Notes under the pieces: generated by a model
Database searches by the model: none
Told to the model about the DNA's origin: nothing
Seen by the model: only the letters and a program-made list of their open reading frames with translations
Origin: an uncultured Verrucomicrobiae bacterium
GTDB taxonomy: Bacteria; Verrucomicrobiota; Verrucomicrobiia; Chthoniobacterales; Chthoniobacteraceae
Length of the DNA: 64,000 nt
Reading direction: 5' to 3'
NCBI GenBank assembly: GCA_963769025.1
Contig: CAVYKI010000009.1
Location: forward strand, 960,001-1,024,000
Shown: positions 20,201 through 28,683 of the stretch, piece by piece
Layout of the letters: every line of letters starts with the position of its first letter
Numbering within the stretch: position 1 is the first letter of the stretch
Program-made: the position numbers and the translations under genes

Positions 20201-22978
20201 GACGAGCAGCGAATTCCCCTGCTCCACCAGGCGATCGAAGACCTTCACGAGCATCGCCACGTCGTCGAAATGCAGGCCGGTCGTCGGCTCATCGAGGATC
20301 AGCAGCGCGTTCGCGGTGTCCTGCTGCGTGAGGCGCTCCACCAGCTTCAGCCGCTGGCTTTCGCCGCCGCTCAGCATGTTGAGCGGCTGTCCGAGGCGGA
20401 TGTAGCCGAGGCCGACCTCCTCGAGGATGCGCAGCGGACCCGCGATTCGCGCCGCGTCACGGACCTCGAAGAGACGCACCGCCTCGGTGACGGTCATCTC
20501 CAGCACTTCGTGGATGCTTTTGCCGTCCACGCGAATTTTCAGCACGTGCGGCTGATAGCGCCGGCCTTCGCATTCCGGGCAGCGCACGAAGACGTCGCTA
20601 AGGAATTGCATCTCGATTTTCTCGAAGCCGCTGCCGCCGCAGCGCTCGCAACGGCCCGGGCCGCCATTGAAGGAAAACGCGCTGGCGCTGAGCCCCTCGC
20701 GAAGCGCCTCGGGTGTCATCGCGAACATCTCGCGGATGTCGTCGAAGATCCCAAGGTAAAGCGCAGCGGTGGATTTCGGCGTGCGCGAAAGTTGCGACTG
20801 ATCGACGAGGATGACCTGCGAGATTTGCCGCGCGCCGACGAGCTTCTTCAATGCGCCCGGCTGGTTCGCGCTCGCGATGCCTTTTGCGTTCAGGAGGTTT
20901 TCGTAGAGGACGCTGTGGACGAGCGTGCTCTTCCCCGAACCGCTGACGCCGGTGACGCAGGCGAAGACGCCGAGCGGAATCTCGACGGTGATGTTGCGGA
21001 GGTTGTTCTCGCGGGCGCCCTCGATGCGAAGCCACGAGGAAGGCGTGCGGCGCATCGCCGGGACGGGGATCGATTTTTCGCCGGTGAGATAGGCGGCGGT
21101 GAGGGAATATCCGGCGTCCAACGCCGCACGCTCAACGTCCAATGCGCGGCGACCACCGCCCGAAGTTTTGGGAGCTTTCGCCGCGCGCGTTGCACGTTGG
21201 CCGTCTTCAGCAGCTCCTCCGCCGGCCCCGCAAAGACCAGTTCGCCCCCACTCTCGCCGCGGCCGGGGCCGAGTTCGATGAGGTGATCCGCGGCGCGCAT
21301 CACGGCTTCCTCGTGCTCGACGACGAGCAGCGTGTTGCCCTTGTCGCGCAGCGCCTCCATCACGCGGATGAGCCGCCCGGTGTCGCGCGGGTGCAGGCCG
21401 ATGCTCGGCTCGTCGAGGACGAACAGCGTGTTCACGAGCGAAGCACCGAGGCAGGTGGTGAGATTCACGCGCTCGACTTCGCCGCCGCTCAGCGTGCGGG
21501 TCGGGCGGTCGAGCGAGAGGTAGCCGAGGCCGACTTCGAGCAGAAAGCCGAGACGCGAGCGGACTTCGCCAGCGAGCATGTCGGTGGTGGAGTTGCCAGC
21601 GCCCGCGCTCTCGTTTGGTGAACGATCGCCGGAGTCCGCGAGGATGGCGCTCATTTCGCCCAGCGGCATGCATTGCAGTTCGGGCAGCGTCTTTCCGGCG
21701 AAGCGGTAATTCAGCGTCGCGGGCTGGTAGCGGCCGCCGTGGCAATCGGGACAGATCGGAATAGTTGCGGTAGCGGCTGAGCAGCACGCGGACGTGCATT
21801 TTGTACGCCTTGCTTTCGAGCCAGCGGAAGAAGCCGCGCACGCCGTACCACAGGCCCTCTTTCCAAAGCTCCTCGCCCTCGCGCTTCGGGTCCTCGCCTT
21901 CCAGCACCCACTCCTGCTCGTCCTTCGGCATGTCGTCGAAAGGCATCTTCACATCGATGCCCTTCGCCTTCGCGCAGCGCATCATGTCGCGCTGGCAGTC
22001 CGCGCCGCTCTCGGTCTGGAACGGCTTGACGCAGCCATCCGCGAGGCTGAGCGAGCGATCGGGAATCGCGCGGAGCAAATCAATCGCGATGGTCCGCCCA
22101 AAACCGCGGCAGGTCGGACACGCGCCGAGCGGGTGATTGAAACTGAAAAGCCCCGGCGTCGGCGGCGTGATGTCGACGTCGCAGTGCGCGCAATGCCAGC
22201 CCGCGCTGTAAGGGTGCCGGTAGCCCGACCCCGGATGCCGGATCGCGAGCTTCCCGCTCCCGAGACGCAGCGCGTGCTCGATGGCCTCCATCAGCCGCGC
22301 GCGGTCTTCGTCGGAAATCGTGACACGATCCTGGATCACCTCGACAAGCGCGGGCAGCCGCTTCGCCGCCGGCTCCTCGTCGGTCCGGAGAATCTCACCG
22401 TCGAGCCACACGCGCAGATAGCCCTGCTGCTGGAGGAACGAAAAGAAATCCGCGGGCTTCGTACCCGCGGGCGCCGGAACCCCAAACGTGATCAACACCG
22501 CCTCGCCGCCGTGCTGCGCGAAGACATGCTCGACGATGCTCTTCGCCGACTCGGGTTTGATTTCCAACGCGCACTCCGGGCACCGCGCCGTGGCGATGCG
22601 CGGGAAGAGCAGCTTCAGGTAGTCGTTGATCTCCGTCATCGTGCCGACGGTCGAGCGCGTGCTCTTCACGTTGTTCGTCTGCTCGATGGCGATGGCCGGC
22701 GGGATGCCGCGGATTTCGTCCACGCGCGGCTTGTCCATGCGGTCGAGGAACTGCCGCGTGTAAGGGCTGAACGTCTCGACATACCGCCGCTGCCCCTCCG
22801 CGTAGATCGTGTCAAACGCGAGCGACGACTTCCCGCTTCCACTCGGCCCCGTGACGACGATCAATTTGCCGAGCGGCAGATCGAGGTCGAAGCCTTTGAG
22901 GTTATTCTGCCGCGCGCCCCGGACCTCGATGCAATCGGGACTAGGAACCACGGTGAGTGCTGGGCGTTTCTTGGGCAT
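17237..22978 (-). CDS. uvrA: Excinuclease ABC subunit A, double-length (two tandem UvrA modules), with about 5 probable sequencing frameshifts (near 21755, 21180, 19505, 18585, 18338)
   Basis: Four Walker A motifs (GPSGSGKSS, GVSGSGKST, GLSGSGKST, GISGSGKST), four LSGGE signatures, UvrA zinc-finger CxxC pairs and two EGQRR motifs, stitched across ORFs 19154..23131, 20890..21669, 18322..19524, 18066..18620 and 17237..18979. Confidence 0.92.
18100..18187. repeat. REP doublet (REPIN-like) inside uvrA CDS, copy 2
   Basis: Arms GGCAGGGCGCGCCCGCCGAGCGCGCC and, inverted, GGCAGGGCGCTCTCGCCGAAAGTGCT. Translated as GRALSPK...ARSAGAPC. Confidence 0.75.
19978..20053. repeat. REP doublet (REPIN-like) inside uvrA CDS, copy 1
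   Basis: Arms GGTAGGGCGCGCTCGCCGAGCGCGCCC and, inverted, GGTAGGGCGCTTTCGCCGAAAGCGCCC, each a GTAG head plus palindrome. Translated as GRALSPK...ARSASAPY. Confidence 0.85.
21115..21203. repeat. Degenerate inverted heptamer-repeat element inside uvrA CDS
   Basis: CGTCCAA CGCCGCA CGCTCAA CGTCCAA ... TTGCACG TTGGCCG. Confidence 0.5.
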
Positions 22979-22995
22979 CGGTAAAAAGGGCGCGC

Positions 22996-23024
22996 AATCT
23001 GCCTCTACGCGCGCCCCTTGGCAA
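22996..23024 (-). promoter_or_regulatory. Candidate sigma70-type promoter of uvrA (TTGCCA-N17-CAGATT)
   Basis: Followed by GCGCGCCCTTTT. Near-identical layout upstream of serA. Confidence 0.5.
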
Positions 23025-23164
23025 CCGGCGCGAAAGAATAACGCCGCACTGCTTTCCCCGGCTCCCCCGCGCTTGCGCGCTTTCCCTCCTTCATGTCGCT
23101 GAGATGCGCCCGCGCACCTCAGCCGCCCCAAAGGGCGTATTAACCGCAGACAACTCGACAGCGG

Positions 23165-23497
23165 CTACGCGCCGGCCTGCCCTTCCGCGTCCGCCTTCAG
23201 CTTCGCGGTGAGCTGGCTCACGCGCTGTTTCATGATTTTGCCGGACTTGAACTTCACCGTGGCGCGCGCCGGAATGACGAAGCTGCTCCCCGGCTGGTTC
23301 GGGTTGCGTCCGACGCGCGGCTTTGTGAGCTTTACTTCGAAGACGCCGAAGTTTCGCAACTCGATGTTGTCTCCGCGGGCGAGTGCTTCGATGACTTGGT
23401 CGAGCGTCTTTTGGACGACATCGAACACCTCATGTTGGACCAGCCCTGTCTCGTTGCTGATGTTCAGAACGATTTCCCTTTTAGTCAGTGTGCCCAT
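23165..23497 (-). CDS. HU/IHF family DNA-binding protein
   Basis: LTKREIV, IELRNFGVFEV, RVGRNP, IPARATVKFKSGK. Confidence 0.93.
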   Translation of the reverse strand: MGTLTKREIVLNISNETGLVQHEVFDVVQKTLDQVIEALARGDNIELRNFGVFEVKLTKPRVGRNPNQPGSSFVIPARATVKFKSGKIMKQRVSQLTAKLKADAEGQAGA

Positions 23498-23557
23498 AAC
23501 GCTTTCTTCCTAAGGCTTTTCACCCCCACGGGCAAGCACGGAAATCCGCCTCCCCGG

Positions 23558-24007
23558 CTAGGTTGCGCCGGAAGGGACCTCGACGTATTCGAGCGCCCAC
23601 TCCCGCATGAAGCGGACGCGCACCGGCTCGATGCGATAAATGATCAGTTCGGGATTGTCCGGCGTGCCGAGGTAACGGCGCAAAAGCGGGTTGCTGTCCC
23701 AAATCGTGCGCAGCACCGCTGCATCCGTCTCCACGTGCGCAATCCCGGTGATGCGGACCTGATCGTGGTGCTCGTCGAGGTAGCAGAGTTCGCAGCGCGG
23801 GTTCGCCGCGAGTTCGCGCGTCTTGCCGTAGCTTCGGAGATTCGCGACAAAAATCGTGAATCCATCCACCCGCACCGGCGACACCGGCCTCAGGCGCGGC
23901 TGGCCGGCCTCATCCACCGTGGCGAGCATCGGGAACTTCGCGCGACGGATGACTTCGTGGGAAAGTCGCGGGGCTTCGTCCGGGGAAACGGGTGCGGGTG
24001 CGGGCAT
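23558..24007 (-). CDS. Pyridoxamine 5'-phosphate oxidase-like FMN-binding protein
   Basis: MLATVDEAGQPRLRPV, KTRELAANPRCEL, QVRITG. Confidence 0.8.
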   Translation of the reverse strand: MPAPAPVSPDEAPRLSHEVIRRAKFPMLATVDEAGQPRLRPVSPVRVDGFTIFVANLRSYGKTRELAANPRCELCYLDEHHDQVRITGIAHVETDAAVLRTIWDSNPLLRRYLGTPDNPELIIYRIEPVRVRFMREWALEYVEVPSGAT

Positions 24008-24094
24008 GCGGATCAGCGGAACAGGAATCGGCGTCAATATCAACCGGCCATGCGACACTCGACAGCACGGCGCGGCTGCGGAAGTGTCCTCGCG

Positions 24095-24619
24095 ATGGAA
24101 TTCGCAAAGCTCGTCCTGCTGTGCATCGCATCCGTATGCGGCTACGGCGCCCTCCTCGGCGGAGTCTCCGCAGCACTGTGCCCGGAGGCATTCACGCTCG
24201 GGCGTCCGCCTTTCTTCGAACACTGGCCGGCGCTCGCGCTCGGCGCGATATGGGGCACGCTCGATCTGCTCATCCCCGCGACCTTCGCCGGACTCGCTCT
24301 CGGCATCGCGGCAAATTTCGGTCCCCAGCCGGCGCTAAAGGCCGCGTTTTTCCGCCGAATCGTCCCCGGCCTGGTCGGCCTCCTCTCGCTCGCCTCGCTC
24401 GCGGGCGGCGCGACGGGTTACTTCGCCTCGAAGAACGGCATGCACATCATCACCGGACCGCTGAAGGAAACGCTCGCGCCGGAAAAGCATCCGATGCTCG
24501 CCGCCGTCTGGTGGGCTGCGCTCGGAGCCCTGCTCGCGCTCTTCGCTTCGGCGATCGTCCTAGCCGCGTGGGCCTGGCGGAAACGCGCCTACTACGCGGA
24601 ACTCCTCCGCAATCGCTGA
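24095..24619 (+). CDS. Hypothetical membrane protein (about 4 TM segments)
   Basis: C-terminal part of ORF 23396..24619 from MEFAKLVLLC, with four hydrophobic stretches. Confidence 0.7.
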   Translation: MEFAKLVLLCIASVCGYGALLGGVSAALCPEAFTLGRPPFFEHWPALALGAIWGTLDLLIPATFAGLALGIAANFGPQPALKAAFFRRIVPGLVGLLSLASLAGGATGYFASKNGMHIITGPLKETLAPEKHPMLAAVWWAALGALLALFASAIVLAAWAWRKRAYYAELLRNR

Positions 24620-24622
24620 CCC

Positions 24623-25156
24623 CTACCGCGCCACACCCGCGGCGTCCTTGGGAGCCTTCTTGTGCGCCTCCTGAAATTTCGCCGCGCGCTGCACACCGTC
24701 GATCACCTGCGCGCCGTTCAGCTTTTGGGAAATCTCCCGCAGCGCCGCCTCCGCTCCCGGCGCATCCTCCCATGTCGCGAGCCATATCCATTTGTAGGCC
24801 TCCACCAGATCCTGCGGACGCCCGGTCCCCTGCGCATACAGCGACCCGAGATCGAGCTGCGCACCGCCGTGGCCTGCCTCCGCCGCCTTGCCCAGCCATT
24901 CACCCGCCCGCTCCACATCACCGCGTGCAAAAAAAAATCGCCCGAGCGTCGCCATTGCCTTCGCATCGCCCTGCCGCGCGCCATCGAGCAGCCGCGAGGA
25001 AAACGCGCTGACCGTTTCCTTTTCCATGTCCGGCGCAATCCAGAGCGCCGCACCGCTTGGAAAAAGCCCGGTCTTCCGAAACGGCTCCCATTCCTCCGCA
25101 GTCTGCGCGAGCGCAGCGGCGACGGTGAGGAGCAGGACCGGAAGGATTTTCCACAT
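24623..25156 (-). CDS. Sel1-like (SLR/TPR) repeat protein, exported
   Basis: Signal peptide, AMATLG, WLGKAAEAGHGGAQLDLGSLYAQGTGRPQDLVEAYKW. Confidence 0.85.
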   Translation of the reverse strand: MWKILPVLLLTVAAALAQTAEEWEPFRKTGLFPSGAALWIAPDMEKETVSAFSSRLLDGARQGDAKAMATLGRFFFARGDVERAGEWLGKAAEAGHGGAQLDLGSLYAQGTGRPQDLVEAYKWIWLATWEDAPGAEAALREISQKLNGAQVIDGVQRAAKFQEAHKKAPKDAAGVAR

Positions 25157-25183
25157 CCCTCGATCGTAGCGCGCAAATCCCTC

Positions 25184-25212
25184 TTGCCAAGCACACCGGC
25201 ACCGCGCACTTT
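25184..25212 (+). promoter_or_regulatory. Candidate sigma70-type promoter of tRNA-Pro (TTGCCA-N17-CACTTT) with GC-rich discriminator
   Basis: Ends 16 nt upstream of the tRNA and is followed by CCGCGCCC. Confidence 0.5.
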
Positions 25213-25228
25213 CCGCGCCCGCTGGAAT

Positions 25229-25305
25229 CGGGCCGTAGTTCAGCTTGGTAGAACGCTTGAATGGGGTTCAAGAGGTCGTGGGTTCGAATCCCGCCGGCCC
25301 GACCA
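25229..25305 (+). tRNA. tRNA-Pro (GGG)
   Basis: Cloverleaf: acceptor CGGGCCG/CGGCCCG, D arm GTTC/GAAC, anticodon arm CTTGA-ATGGGGT-TCAAG, T loop TTCGAAT, encoded CCA. 77 nt. Confidence 0.97.
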
Positions 25306-25390
25306 GCCTCCCCTCCGGGGGACTTTCGCAGCGGAATTCGCTGCGCTCCCTATGCATTCGTCCGTTTCGCCGAGCCTCGGGCCGCGAACC

Positions 25391-26413
25391 TCACTGGAAG
25401 GTGAGTTCCACTCTCGGCAGCAGCGCCTTGATCTTCGCCTGCACTTCGTCGGAATAGGGTTTGGGCCGCTGCACGATGCGGAGGGATTTTAGGAACGCGA
25501 ACGGCTTCAACTGCGCGACACGCTCCTCGGTCATCGGCAGGTTGCCGAGTTCCAGGCTTTCAAGCTGCTTCATCGTGGCGAGAAGCTTCAGGTCTTCGTC
25601 GGTGGTCTTGGAGCAGTTCGTCAGCGTGAGGCGTGTCAGCGTCCTGAAGTTCTGGATGGCAACCAGCGATGCGGATGAATCGAACCCTTCGCCGAGTTGC
25701 AAATACTCAAGGGGCAATCCCGCGAGGTTTTTCAGAGATGCAGGCGTTGCGTTCGAAGTGCCGATTTCGAGGCCTTTGAGCTTGGTGAGCTTCGCGAGGG
25801 CCGGAGCGCCGGCGTCGGTGAATTTCGCGTGCGCGAGGCTGATGCTTTCGAGGTTTGGCAGATGTTCGCAGAGCTGCAGGAGACCTTCGTCATCGATGCT
25901 GCTGCCGCGATGGCTGACCTTGATGACGCGCGTCCAGTCCTTGCACTTCGCGTACGCGCGACCGGTGATGGCGGTGCCGACGAAGGAAAACGTTTCGAGG
26001 TTCTTCAATCCGGCGAAGTGCTCCATGCCGGCATCGGTGAGCTTGCCGTTGTTGGTGAAGCGAAGCGTCTTGAGGTTCGCCAATTTGCCGAGCGGCGCGA
26101 TCCATGCGTCGTTGGCTTTGGTCGAGATGATGTTCAGCGATTCCAGCGCAGTTATGTGCCCGAGGTGCTCAAAGAATGCGGCATCGTAGGGATCGCTCCC
26201 GCGCTTGTCGTGCGGGCCGGTATTGGGCACGGCGAGGTCCACGAGCTTGAGGCCTTTCCCGTCCTCGGTTTTTTCCACTTTGCCGCGCGCGCCCTCGACG
26301 ATGCGGGTGACGGCTTCGACGTGCGGATCGAGCGCGAGGGCTGCGTTTGCGGATAATTTCAAGAGAAAAGCGGCAATCGTGATTGCCCTTAAATGGAGCC
26401 GAGGGAGTGTCAT
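25391..26413 (-). CDS. Exported leucine-rich repeat protein
   Basis: Signal peptide and repeated LxxLxxLxLxxxxxTDxG units. Confidence 0.85.
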   Translation of the reverse strand: MTLPRLHLRAITIAAFLLKLSANAALALDPHVEAVTRIVEGARGKVEKTEDGKGLKLVDLAVPNTGPHDKRGSDPYDAAFFEHLGHITALESLNIISTKANDAWIAPLGKLANLKTLRFTNNGKLTDAGMEHFAGLKNLETFSFVGTAITGRAYAKCKDWTRVIKVSHRGSSIDDEGLLQLCEHLPNLESISLAHAKFTDAGAPALAKLTKLKGLEIGTSNATPASLKNLAGLPLEYLQLGEGFDSSASLVAIQNFRTLTRLTLTNCSKTTDEDLKLLATMKQLESLELGNLPMTEERVAQLKPFAFLKSLRIVQRPKPYSDEVQAKIKALLPRVELTFQ

Positions 26414-26545
26414 GTGACGGTCAGGCTAGTGCGCTTCCGGCCCCGTTTGCACGAGGAAACCAAGCGAAGGGATCCTGCCGGCCAAATGCGACTCATCACC
26501 AAGAAAGCTGCGGTAAACCTGAGAGGCACCGCACATACTCCATTG

Positions 26546-27088
26546 ATGCCTGCGCCTGATCCACACGCGAACTTCATTTTCCTGCTCAATGCCGCGCACC
26601 GGCGGCTGCTGGCGTATCTCGTCTCGCTGCTCGGCAGCCGCCACGACGCGGAGGACGTCTTGCAAAAGGCAAGCATGACGATGTGGCGGCGTTTCGAGAC
26701 GTTCGACGCCTCGCGCGTGACGGCGAATGACGATTTTCTCTCGTGGGCCTGCACTGTTGCCTTTTACGAGGCAAAGAATTTCCAGCGCGCGGCGGCGCGT
26801 TCGCGGCTGCATTTCAGCGATGAGCTGCTCGAAATCCTCGCCAGCGAGCGAGCGCCGGATCTTGCGCAGACGGACGCGCGGCACGAGGCGCTGGGGCATT
26901 GTCTCGAAATGCTCGACGATCCGGGGCGCAGACTCGTTGAGGCGGCGTATTTCGAGGAGGGCAGCATCGCCACGCTCGCGGAGCAGCTCGGCCGTGCGCC
27001 GCAGACGCTCTACAACAAGCTGAACATCATTCGCCGCAAACTCGCGGACTGTGTGACGCAGCGCCTTGCCGGAGGAGGCGCGGCGTGA
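26546..27088 (+). CDS. ECF sigma-70 factor (Rhodopirellula/Verrucomicrobium-type)
   Basis: DAEDVLQ, FLSWACTVAFYEAKN, region 4 LAEQLGR..TLYNKLNIIRRKLADC. Confidence 0.9.
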   Translation: MPAPDPHANFIFLLNAAHRRLLAYLVSLLGSRHDAEDVLQKASMTMWRRFETFDASRVTANDDFLSWACTVAFYEAKNFQRAAARSRLHFSDELLEILASERAPDLAQTDARHEALGHCLEMLDDPGRRLVEAAYFEEGSIATLAEQLGRAPQTLYNKLNIIRRKLADCVTQRLAGGGAA

Positions 27089-28617
27089 GTGCGGACTTCG
27101 AGCGCGATGAACTGCGTGCGATGATGGCTGCGCAGAACGACGGAACGATTTCCGGGGATGAACACGCGAGGCTGGAAAAAATCCTCGCGTACAGCGCGGA
27201 GGCCCGGCGGCTGTGGTTCCTGCACTGCGACATCGAGACGGGGCTCGCCGAATGGGCGGCGGCGCGGAATTCCGGCGATGCGCTGACGGTGCCGCGCAAG
27301 GTTGTGCGTTCTCGCGTTTTTTGGAAATGGGCGACACCGCTCGCTGCGGCGGCGCTCGTGATGCTCGCGGCAGTGTGGTGGTGGCGCGGGCCGGCGGAGT
27401 CGCGTGCGAACGGCGCGGCAGTGCTGGCGCGCGCGGTCGGTGTGGAGTGGGAGGATGGCGTCGAGCGCATGCCGGGGACGGTGCTCGCGCCGGGCGAACT
27501 GCGGCTGAAGTCGGGCGCGGTGCTCGTGGAATTTTACAGCGGTGCGCGTGTCGTCATCGAGGGGCCGGCGGAATTTCGAATCGTGTCATCGGGCGCGGGA
27601 TTTCTGAGCCGGGGGAAAATCAGCGCGCACGTGCCGCCGCAGGCGCGTGGCTTTGCGGTGGATGCGCCTGGCGTGAAGGTCGTGGACTTCGGCACGGACT
27701 TCGGCGTCGCGCTGCGCATAGGTTCCGCGCCGGAGGTGCATGTTTTTCTCGGTGAAGTCGAAGTCACCGCTACTGCGGCACCGTCGCGCAAGTTGATCGG
27801 CGGCGAGGCGGTGCGCGTGGATGCCAATGCGCTCGCGGCAATCCCAGCGGCGCGTTCCGATTTTCTGAGCGAGGAGGAACTCGCGAGGCGCGACGAGGAC
27901 GGTGCGCGCCGCCGTTTCGCAGCGTGGCGCGATGCCAGCCGCGCGCTGAGCGCAGACCCTGCGACGGTGATTCATTACTCGCTCGACGACACGCCGCAAT
28001 CCGAGCGCAGCGTCGCGAACCACGCCGCAGGCGCGACGGAGGAATCGCACGGCAGCATCGTCGGCTGCGCGTGGATTGCGGGACGCTGGCCGGGGAAACG
28101 CGCGCTCGATTTTCGCAGCGAGGGCGACCGCATCCGGTTCACCGCTTCGCATTCTCAGAGTGCGATCACTTTCCTCGCATGGGTGCGCGTCGAGGCGCTG
28201 CCGCACGGGATGCACACGCTGCTCTGCGCCGAGGCGGAACGTCCCGGCGCGCTGCGCTGGGAACTCACGCGCGAAGGGCGGATGCGGTTGGCTGTGGGGC
28301 GCGACCTCGGACGCGCGCGGATGGAATGGGAGGCGGTGAACAGCGAGCCGTTCGTCACGCCGGAGCGGCTCGGCCAGTGGCTGCTGCTTGTGACGACGTT
28401 CGACGGCCACGTTGTCCGGCACTACGCGAACGGCCGGCCGATTGGATCAGGCGCGTCGTTTACTCCGCCCGCGCTGCACATCGGCACGGCGGAAATCGGC
28501 AACTGGCGCGGCGAAGTGCGGCGCAGTTTTTCCGGGACGCTGGATGAGATGGCGATTCTCTCGCGCGTGATGAGCGAGGCCGAAGTGCACACGGCGTATG
28601 CGGCGGGAAAGCCGTGA
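27085..28617 (+). CDS. FecR-domain anti-sigma factor with C-terminal LamG/ConA-like domain
   Basis: N-terminal anti-sigma helices, TM segment, FecR (GARVVIEGPA, VVDFGTDFGV, HVFLGEV), LamG (GRWPGK.AL, FSGTLDE). GTGA overlap with the sigma gene. Confidence 0.88.
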   Translation: MSADFERDELRAMMAAQNDGTISGDEHARLEKILAYSAEARRLWFLHCDIETGLAEWAAARNSGDALTVPRKVVRSRVFWKWATPLAAAALVMLAAVWWWRGPAESRANGAAVLARAVGVEWEDGVERMPGTVLAPGELRLKSGAVLVEFYSGARVVIEGPAEFRIVSSGAGFLSRGKISAHVPPQARGFAVDAPGVKVVDFGTDFGVALRIGSAPEVHVFLGEVEVTATAAPSRKLIGGEAVRVDANALAAIPAARSDFLSEEELARRDEDGARRRFAAWRDASRALSADPATVIHYSLDDTPQSERSVANHAAGATEESHGSIVGCAWIAGRWPGKRALDFRSEGDRIRFTASHSQSAITFLAWVRVEALPHGMHTLLCAEAERPGALRWELTREGRMRLAVGRDLGRARMEWEAVNSEPFVTPERLGQWLLLVTTFDGHVVRHYANGRPIGSGASFTPPALHIGTAEIGNWRGEVRRSFSGTLDEMAILSRVMSEAEVHTAYAAGKP

Positions 28618-28683
28618 AGCGATTTGGCACGCGTCGCTGATTTGCCCGGTAAATCGAATGCGTGCCGCACATTTCCCTGCGAC

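Noticed and set aside
22208..22245. Possible heptamer periodicity (ATCCGGC ATCCGGG...) in the uvrA N-terminal region
   Set aside because: Too short and degenerate to distinguish from chance in GC-rich coding DNA.
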